DNA of 32,000 nt from Candidatus Auribacterota bacterium (GTDB lineage Bacteria > Auribacterota > UBA6266), in contig JAGLRQ010000040.1 of the NCBI GenBank assembly GCA_023136205.1, positions 57 to 32,056 on the forward strand, written 5' to 3'. Made by a program: the position numbers and the translations under genes. Shown here piece after piece: positions 16,753-22,651 of this stretch. Within the stretch, counting starts at the first letter, position 1, and each line of letters begins with the position of its first letter. Below the pieces are notes generated by a model. It saw nothing but the letters and a program-made list of their open reading frames with translations. It was not told the origin of the DNA and ran no database searches.

Positions 16753-17460
16753 ATGAAAGAAAATGAGAAACAGCTTGAAGCCCTGTTTAAAATAAGCAAG
16801 GCGATTGCTTCAGATAATTATCTTGAAGACATTCTTAAACTTATAGTCGCGGTTACCGCCCAGGTGATGAACTCAAATATATGTACTTTAATGCTTATTG
16901 ACGAGCGAAAGAAAGAGCTTACAATACGGGCAACCCAGAGCGTAAGTGATGAATATAATAAAAAACCCCCAATTAAAATAGGCGAAGGGATTTCAGGCAA
17001 GGTCGCGAAAGAAAACAAGCCAATTTCAGTAAAAGATGTCGGTTTGGAAAAAGAATACAAATATCATGATATGGCTAAAAATGAGGGTTTAAAGTCTCTG
17101 CTTTGTGTGCCTCTTACGGTTAAGGGAAAGGTTATAGGCGTTATAAATTGTTATACTCCGGTCCCTCATGAATTTTCTTACGGCGAAATCAATATCCTCA
17201 AGACTATAGCCCATCAGGCCGCTGTCGCGATTGAAAACACCGAACTTATGGTAAAAACTAGGGTTATACAGGAAGAGCTTGAATCAAGAAAAAGAATCGA
17301 AAGAGCAAAGGGCATGTTGATGGAAGAAGAAAAATTGACAGAGCAGGAAGCCTATAACAAGATACAAAAGTTTGCCATGGATAACCGCAAAACCATGAAG
17401 GAAATAGCGGAAGCGATGATTCTGGCATATGATATGAGGCAGGGAAAAAAGAAAAAATAA
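16753..17460 (+). CDS. GAF-ANTAR RNA-binding transcription antiterminator
   Basis: Starts 18 nt after the upstream gene. GAF domain at about residues 10-165 (GEGISGKVA, LCVPL..GKVIGVINCY, AHQAAVAIEN). C-terminal ANTAR helices: LESRKRIERAKGMLMEEEKLTEQEAYNKIQKFAMDNRKTMKEIAEAMI. Confidence 0.85.
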   Translation: MKENEKQLEALFKISKAIASDNYLEDILKLIVAVTAQVMNSNICTLMLIDERKKELTIRATQSVSDEYNKKPPIKIGEGISGKVAKENKPISVKDVGLEKEYKYHDMAKNEGLKSLLCVPLTVKGKVIGVINCYTPVPHEFSYGEINILKTIAHQAAVAIENTELMVKTRVIQEELESRKRIERAKGMLMEEEKLTEQEAYNKIQKFAMDNRKTMKEIAEAMILAYDMRQGKKKK

Positions 17461-17520
17461 AATTGGACGCAGAGAACGCAGAGAAAAAACATAAAGTAGA
17501 TTTTAAAAACCTCATTTTTT

Positions 17521-17550
17521 AACCACAAATGAACACAAATCGACACAAAT
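17521..17550 (-). repeat. 30-nt tri-decamer repeat (ACACAAATNN x3), left island boundary copy
   Basis: The reverse complement ATTTGTGTCGATTTGTGTTCATTTGTGGTT matches 27397-27426 at 26 of 30 positions. The adjacent GACGCAGAGAACGCAGAGAA (17466-17485) is also internally repetitive. Confidence 0.6.
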
Positions 17551-17567
17551 TAAAAACAATAGAGAAA

Positions 17568-17595
17568 TAAGAAAAGGGAGTTGACCCCCTTTTCC
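17568..17595 (+). repeat. Hairpin-forming direct repeat, copy A (TAAGAAAAGGGAGTTGACCCCCTTTTCC)
   Basis: Identical to 19632-19658 apart from one extra C. GAAAAGGG pairs with CCCTTTTC as an 8-bp stem. Confidence 0.7.
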
Positions 17596-17623
17596 ACCCC
17601 CTTTTTCCAGACCCCCTTTTCCA
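17585..17623 (+). repeat. Tandem repeat CCCCCTTTTCCA x3 (middle unit expanded)
   Basis: Units lie at 17585-17596, 17597-17611 and 17612-17623, read directly from the sequence. Confidence 0.6.
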
Positions 17624-17865
17624 TCTGTATAGCTCCGTATTGATTCATTGATAGTGTAGTTGTTCAACAAACAGTTGTGAAAAAGCCAAATAAAAGATAA
17701 GATAAATTTTATACTAATAGTTGGTTTGCACAAAATACAAAACTTTGCTAACGTAAGACAGGAAGGTCTTTAGATGTAGGCTTATTCCAGAGCTTTATTA
17801 TGTATTTATTTTATTACTATCTTTAATGTACGTTATTTGGGGCGGCTCATTAAAAGGAGGTCTAT

Positions 17866-18144
17866 ATGGAAAAAAAACGGAAGTTCGATCTGAACGAAAT
17901 TAAAGCTCTCTTGCAGGAAAACGGATATACTATTGCTAGTGGCCTTAACCTAAGCTATAACACGGCGACTGAAAGTTGTGGTTCTTATTGCACCGGAGGC
18001 TGTAGAGGAGGCTGCTATACATGTAGTACTGGAACTTCTAAGAAAACAACGCAAGTAGTTCAACCTGCTATTCAAATTAGTAGAGAAAACATACTTGATA
18101 ATATCTTAACAATAACAAATGCACCAGCAGTTCGAAAGAAGTAG
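17866..18144 (+). CDS. Candidate RiPP precursor peptide with a central Cys ladder
   Basis: Strong SD AAGGAGG 6 nt before the ATG. 92 aa with five Cys, all in ESCGSYCTGGCRGGCYTCSTGTS (CX3CX3CX3CX2C), in a Gly/Ser/Thr-rich core. Charged helical N-terminal region. Lies 62 nt upstream of a radical SAM/SPASM gene. Confidence 0.6.
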   Translation: MEKKRKFDLNEIKALLQENGYTIASGLNLSYNTATESCGSYCTGGCRGGCYTCSTGTSKKTTQVVQPAIQISRENILDNILTITNAPAVRKK

Positions 18145-18206
18145 AGTTGCTTCTTACTGGTTAAAAGAGATCTGCCGCCCCGAAATTAAATATCAGGAGA
18201 ATTATA

Positions 18207-19634
18207 ATGAGATATCAACTGCACCACGATATCGGCATGAGATGTGATGTTGATAGAAATATCATTTATGTAAAAAATCCTGTTGAATCTGAATTGAGTG
18301 ATTTTCTGCAGACAATTAATTCTGAATTGGCTGTCTTCCTCGGACTGATGGATGGTTCTATGGAGATAGACGATGTCGTCCGGAACTGGAGCGAACTATT
18401 TTTCGGTACTAAACCTGACCGTGAGATTGGGAAGGTGCTTCAAGCTATGTTGAAGAGTAAACTCGGCCCGGATCTTCAGGTTCACCAAATATTGAACAAG
18501 GTGGATTCAAAGACATTAGGAAGAAGAGACCTCCCCGAAATAAGCACTCTTATTGTTCCCAAAGAAATCGAAAATATTGACGACCCGAGGCTCAGAATAC
18601 CTCTCCAGATGCTCTTTATGCCAACGTTGGATTGTACCCAGAAGTGTTCCTACTGCTATAGCACGGAATCATATTCGGATAATATAAAGGCCCTTGAATT
18701 CAAGAGAATACAGGAAATAATGGAAGAGGCGAAAAGGCTTGGTATGCACACAATAGATCTTTCCGGAGGAGAACCCGTTAGCTATAGACATTTCTTTCCT
18801 CTTCTGGAGAAGCTGTTTGAACTGGGGTTGGAGGTTAATTTGCCTACCAAATATCCACTCTCGAGAGAGGATGTAAAAAGGCTTAAAGCTATTGGCTTGA
18901 AAACGATACAAATAAGCATAGATGCCCTAACCCCAAAGGTTATAGATAAAGTTGTAGGCCTAAAAGGCTATGGACTAAAGATACTTAAGACACTCGATTA
19001 CTTAGAAGAAGCGGCGATAGGCGTAAGAACGAACACGGTCATAACATCATATACACTCGAAGAAGTAGAGCCCCTTATGCGCTTTTTAGCAACAAAAAAG
19101 AATATATACCGTGTAACTCAGTCACCCTATTCTATTTCCAGGTTTAAACACAAAAGCAAATTTCCAATCAGTAATGAAGAGTATAAAGTTATACTCGAGG
19201 CATCAGAAAAGATATTTGAATCGAGGCCCGATATAAGTTTTAATCCAGGAGATGTATTCGAACCCTACGAAAAAGTTTCCGTTATCGAACGGGAGAAGAG
19301 CTGGGACGAGAGGTCTTTTTGTAGTGGCGGCAGGCAAAATTTTGCTCTCCTGCCCGATGGCAAAGTTACCATGTGTGAAGAGCTGTACTATCAGCGTCAC
19401 TATATTATGGGTGACCTTACGGAGCAGTCGATCATGGAGATGTGGAATTCTCCAGAGGCAAAAAGCATATCCTATCCGCCGAAAGAACTATTTCCCGATG
19501 GGCCATGCAGAGATTGTAAAGACCTTGCTGCATGTCACTATTCTCCCGGAAGGTGCGTTAGAGAGGCTATTAAGCACTTCGGAGAAGATAAACATTATTA
19601 TCCAGATCCTAGGTGTCCTAAGGCTCCTGTTTAA
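18207..19634 (+). CDS. Radical SAM/SPASM peptide-modifying enzyme with an N-terminal RRE (PqqD-like) domain
   Basis: SD AGGAG upstream. CX3CX2C cluster CTQKCSYC plus SGGEP. The C-terminal SPASM-like cysteines are CSGG...DGKVTMC (GX4C) and CRDCKDLAACHYSPGRC, with a final C in RCPKAP. The first ~100 aa (IIYVKNP...INSELAVFLGLMDGSMEIDDVVRNW) look like a PqqD-type RiPP recognition element. Confidence 0.9.
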   Translation: MRYQLHHDIGMRCDVDRNIIYVKNPVESELSDFLQTINSELAVFLGLMDGSMEIDDVVRNWSELFFGTKPDREIGKVLQAMLKSKLGPDLQVHQILNKVDSKTLGRRDLPEISTLIVPKEIENIDDPRLRIPLQMLFMPTLDCTQKCSYCYSTESYSDNIKALEFKRIQEIMEEAKRLGMHTIDLSGGEPVSYRHFFPLLEKLFELGLEVNLPTKYPLSREDVKRLKAIGLKTIQISIDALTPKVIDKVVGLKGYGLKILKTLDYLEEAAIGVRTNTVITSYTLEEVEPLMRFLATKKNIYRVTQSPYSISRFKHKSKFPISNEEYKVILEASEKIFESRPDISFNPGDVFEPYEKVSVIEREKSWDERSFCSGGRQNFALLPDGKVTMCEELYYQRHYIMGDLTEQSIMEMWNSPEAKSISYPPKELFPDGPCRDCKDLAACHYSPGRCVREAIKHFGEDKHYYPDPRCPKAPV

Positions 19635-19658
19635 GAAAAGGGAGTTGACCCCTTTTCC
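19632..19658 (+). repeat. Hairpin-forming direct repeat, copy B (TAAGAAAAGGGAGTTGACCCCTTTTCC)
   Basis: Begins with the stop codon of the radical SAM gene. Matches copy A at 17568-17595. May also act as a terminator hairpin. Confidence 0.7.
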
Positions 19659-19680
19659 TTTCCTTTTCCTTTTCCTTTTC
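19651..19680 (+). repeat. Tandem CCTTTT-type microsatellite (about 5 units)
   Basis: CCTTTTCCTTTCCTTTTCCTTTTCCTTTTC read directly, immediately after hairpin copy B. Confidence 0.6.
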
Positions 19681-19792
19681 ATTAGAGAACCGGCAAAATA
19701 CACCCCCCCAATTTATACTCCCCGGAACAACAAACCCGGAAATAGGAACGGCTTGAAAGGTTATATGGGAAACACAAGGTAGTTGTATGTTT

Positions 19793-19845
19793 TGTTCAAA
19801 TATATTGCTTGTTCATTAATAATGAACATTAGAATAAATTGAACA
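19793..19845. promoter_or_regulatory. Nested-palindrome operator unit 1 (TGTTCA-N11-TGTTCA-N7-TGAACA-N11-TGAACA)
   Basis: Half-sites start at 19793, 19810, 19823 and 19840. The centre TGTTCATTAATAATGAACA is a perfect 19-nt palindrome. Confidence 0.5.
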
Positions 19846-19877
19846 ATTCTGGGATATGGTGAAATAATAACTATCAT

Positions 19878-19938
19878 TTGACTTTTGTTCAAAAATAAGA
19901 TATGTTCACAATAGATGAACATATCAATTATTTGAACA
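19878..19938. promoter_or_regulatory. Promoter (TTGACT-17-TATGTT) overlapped by nested-palindrome operator unit 2
   Basis: -35 TTGACT at 19878-19883 and -10 TATGTT at 19901-19906. Half-sites start at 19886, 19903, 19916 and 19933, with the same 11/7/11 spacing as unit 1. The downstream gene starts at 19953. Confidence 0.5.
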
Positions 19939-19952
19939 GATTGAGGTGATAT

Positions 19953-20999
19953 ATGATTGACAAATATACAGAAAATGAAGTTTTTCAAGCTGCCTTGGCT
20001 GCCTTTAGAAAAAATCTAGATAGGCCAGTTGACTTTATCGTTGACAATGCTGCAGAGCAATATTTGGACCAAAATGTAAGAGTGGATAGAACACTGCAGA
20101 TAAACCTCGATGGCAAAGAAATTCGCTTTTGTGTTGAGATAAAAACAAACATCAATACAGCAACAATTGGTCAATTGTTGAATCTAAAAAATCAGCTTCC
20201 TTATCCACTTATGCTTGTTACAAATTATACTAGAGAACATATTGCAAATCAATTAAGGCAGAATGGAATAGAATTCATTGATACAGCTGGAAATGCTTAT
20301 ATTAATCGGCCTCCCGTTTATATTTTTGTAATAGGAAATAAACCTCCTGAAGCTTTTATACAGGTTCCGGTTAAACAAGCTTTTAGGCCCACAGGCCTTA
20401 GAGTGGTTTTCGCTTTCCTATGCGATCCAAATTTAGTAAATAAAACATATCGTGAGATTGCTGATACTGCAGGTGTTGCTCTTGGAAATATTGGATGGAT
20501 AATGCGTGATTTAAGAAATTTTGGTTTTCTCTTAGAGATGGGAAAACATAAGTTTAAATTGGTCCAAAAAGAACAACTTTTAAATCGATGGGTTGTTGGA
20601 TATCAAGAAAAATTAAGGCCAAAACTGTTAATAGGCCGTTTTGAGGGTGTCTTAGGTTGGTGGAAACAAAAAAATCTTAATTATAAGCATGCTCAATGGG
20701 GCGGGGAAGTTGCTGCTGCTAGATTAACGAAATATTTAAAACCACAGAATATTATTATCTATGTAAAACAAAATTATCTCAAAGATTTAGTAATAGCAAA
20801 TAGATTAAAAAAAGATATCCATGGTGAAACAGAAATTTTCAAATGTTTTTGGAAACAAATTGGGCAAAATGAATTTCAAGATATTGTACATCCAATTCTT
20901 GTTTACGCGGATCTTATGGCAACAGGTGACCGGAGAAACATTGAAACGGCAAGGATGATTTATGAACAACATATTTTCCGATATATCAAAGAAGATTGA
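19953..20999 (+). CDS. AbiEi-like wHTH regulator/antitoxin candidate, possibly with an N-terminal nuclease-like fold
   Basis: 348 aa. Central wHTH-like segment NKTYREIADTAGVALGNIGWIMRDLRNFGFL. C-terminal VYADLMATGDRRNIETARMIYEQ resembles AbiEi-family C-termini. The N-terminal D..x9..EIK (LDGKEIRFCVEIK) is compatible with PD-(D/E)xK. Assigned from recalled motifs only, without a search. Confidence 0.45.
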   Translation: MIDKYTENEVFQAALAAFRKNLDRPVDFIVDNAAEQYLDQNVRVDRTLQINLDGKEIRFCVEIKTNINTATIGQLLNLKNQLPYPLMLVTNYTREHIANQLRQNGIEFIDTAGNAYINRPPVYIFVIGNKPPEAFIQVPVKQAFRPTGLRVVFAFLCDPNLVNKTYREIADTAGVALGNIGWIMRDLRNFGFLLEMGKHKFKLVQKEQLLNRWVVGYQEKLRPKLLIGRFEGVLGWWKQKNLNYKHAQWGGEVAAARLTKYLKPQNIIIYVKQNYLKDLVIANRLKKDIHGETEIFKCFWKQIGQNEFQDIVHPILVYADLMATGDRRNIETARMIYEQHIFRYIKED

Positions 21000-21813
21000 G
21001 CCATCTTTTGCTGATGCCCTTTCTGAAGTAAAAAAGATTGCGGATGATTTAAGCATTCCTTTTTTCCTTATTGGAGCAAAAGCAAGGGATTGTATACTTG
21101 AGTACCATTATGATATTAGATCCCCTCGAGTTACTGAAGACATAGATATAGCTGTGCTGGTACCAGATTGGGAGAAATACAAAACCTTAACAGATGCCTT
21201 GCTTGCCACCAGTAAATTTTCTAAAGAAAAGCAAAAACAAAGATATGCTTACAATGATACCCTTATTGACATAGTTCCCTTTGGCCCTATTTCCGGCAAG
21301 AATAAAGAAGTAAAATGGCCTCCGGAATGTGAAGTCATTATGAGTACTTTTGGCTTTGAGGAAATCTACAAACATGCTATTACCCTTAGACTTCGTGATA
21401 ACCCGATACTTGATGTAAAAATGCCCACGATTCCAGGGCTGGCAATAATGAAATTAATATCATGGAGTGAAAGAAATTCCCCCGAACGGCAAAAAGATGC
21501 AAAAGATTTATTATTCATTATGAAAAACTATGAAGATGCTGGAATTGAATCTCGTTTATATGAAAAAGAGAGTTCGTTACTCGAGGAAGAAGGGTTTGAT
21601 AACCAGCTGGCAGGAATTAGGCTTCTTGGGCGTGATATGGCAAAAATATCTAACGCTGATACTTTAGAAAAAATTAAAGAAATTTTATCTAATGAAACTG
21701 GCGATCAAACACAATACGAATTAATATCCAATATGCTTGGCATATCGGGCAGTTTTGAAGAAACATTAATGCAATTAGAAAAATTGGAGCAGGGCGTTTC
21801 AGAGGTTTTATAA
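20962..21813 (+). CDS. Pol-beta-superfamily nucleotidyltransferase, AbiEii-like toxin candidate
   Basis: Overlaps the upstream gene by 38 nt. The motif IGAKARD...SPRVTEDIDIAV fits the G[SA]-x(n)-DxD NTase signature and the R-x-[ST]-x-DID pattern of AbiEii/AbiGii. Confidence 0.5.
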   Translation: MNNIFSDISKKIEPSFADALSEVKKIADDLSIPFFLIGAKARDCILEYHYDIRSPRVTEDIDIAVLVPDWEKYKTLTDALLATSKFSKEKQKQRYAYNDTLIDIVPFGPISGKNKEVKWPPECEVIMSTFGFEEIYKHAITLRLRDNPILDVKMPTIPGLAIMKLISWSERNSPERQKDAKDLLFIMKNYEDAGIESRLYEKESSLLEEEGFDNQLAGIRLLGRDMAKISNADTLEKIKEILSNETGDQTQYELISNMLGISGSFEETLMQLEKLEQGVSEVL

Positions 21814-21878
21814 AAAGGCTATGGAAGTATGACTAGAAACGAAACCCCAAGATGTTTCTATAAAATGAGTTATGTGTT

Positions 21879-22040
21879 ATGAACAACAAAAACCCCGGAC
21901 TCATAGAACGATTTTTCACCTGGTTATTCGCACCGGTGAATGATATTGTTGAAGATACAACTGATTTAATAGCTGAGAAAGTAAGTAAGAAAATTAAGGA
22001 AGATAAGTTGCAGGAAGAAGGGGATGTGGGAAGCGAATAG
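21879..22040 (+). CDS. Short ORF, 53 aa, unknown function (below the ORF-track cutoff)
   Basis: ATG to TAG, MNNKNPGLIERFFTWLFAPVNDIVEDTTDLIAEKVSKKIKEDKLQEEGDVGSE. No clear SD. May be non-coding. Confidence 0.2.
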   Translation: MNNKNPGLIERFFTWLFAPVNDIVEDTTDLIAEKVSKKIKEDKLQEEGDVGSE

Positions 22041-22094
22041 GAAATAGGTGTCTGTCCCTAATTTTTTAATTTTTTCTACTAATTTTTTCTACTA

Positions 22095-22184
22095 CGCAAA
22101 AGAAAATCATGCGGTCATGTATGGCAGGGGAGGCCAAGTAAGAAAAGATAGAAACCGGCAGAAAAAGGCGCTGTCCCCTTTACC
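22095..22184 (+). repeat. 90-bp direct repeat, copy 1 (contains a RAYT/IS200-like transposase remnant)
   Basis: Matches 22476-22565 with a single mismatch (GGCC vs GACC). One frame reads RKRKSCGHVWQGRPSKKR*, resembling the GH[LV]WQGR[FY] motif of COG1943-type transposases. Confidence 0.8.
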
Positions 22185-22299
22185 CTTTCAAGAAAATACT
22201 GAAAGAGCAGGGTGAGATTTTCTTTCGTGCTATCACATCAAAAAAGGAGAAACAATTTTTAATCGGCGGAGGGTGGAAGTGGTTGTAGGGAAAAAGGGT

Positions 22300-22319
22300 A
22301 ATTAAGTGTTGTGTCACCC
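22300..22319 (+). repeat. Short dispersed repeat AATTAAGTGTTGTGTCACCC
   Basis: Related to 22362-22380 and to the reverse complement of 24243-24261. Embedded in a GGTAAT...ATTACC hairpin. Confidence 0.5.
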
Positions 22320-22361
22320 GATTACCTGCGAAAAAATAAACCGGGACCTAGTCGGAAAGAT

Positions 22362-22388
22362 AGTTAAGTGTTCTGTCCCCGGAATTGC
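22362..22388 (+). repeat. 27-nt repeat, left inverted copy (AGTTAAGTGTTCTGTCCCCGGAATTGC)
   Basis: Matches the reverse complement of 24235-24261 at 21 of 27 positions. Confidence 0.5.
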
Positions 22389-22475
22389 GGAATTGCCCTT
22401 GGAACTCCAAACGATAAAGAATCTTTTTCAAAGGCATTCAATATCCTTGCTATGAGGTACTCGCAGTATATAAAC

Positions 22476-22565
22476 CGCAAAAGAAAATCATGCGGTCATG
22501 TATGGCAGGGGAGACCAAGTAAGAAAAGATAGAAACCGGCAGAAAAAGGCGCTGTCCCCTTTACC
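22476..22565 (+). repeat. 90-bp direct repeat, copy 2
   Basis: See copy 1. Starts 381 bp downstream of it. Confidence 0.8.
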
Positions 22566-22588
22566 TTTACCTTTACCTTTACCTTTAC
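22559..22588 (+). repeat. Tandem hexamer CTTTAC x5
   Basis: Read directly. Copy 1 of the 90-bp repeat has only one such unit at the same position. Confidence 0.7.
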
Positions 22589-22651
22589 CGGAATTTTTAA
22601 AAACGCGATTAATTTTATTGTAAGTTAATCGTCAAGATGATGTGAGTCGGT

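Noticed and set aside
17352-17733. Minus-strand ORFs of 64 and 73 aa (MSICVHLWLK..., ...GKGGLEKGGGKGG...)
   Set aside because: They are translations of the tri-decamer and CCCCCTTTTCCA tandem repeats and overlap the ANTAR gene 3' end. There is no coding signal.
19252-19782. 176-aa ORF overlapping the 3' third of the radical SAM gene and running through the repeat region
   Set aside because: It is out of frame with a gene that has conserved SPASM cysteines in this stretch. Its C-terminal part is just a translation of the CCTTTT tandem array.
22040-22600. CRISPR array suggested by repeated segments in a gene-free region
   Set aside because: There are only two long (90 bp) copies, 381 bp apart, plus unrelated short repeats. 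There is no regular repeat-spacer periodicity and no cas genes.
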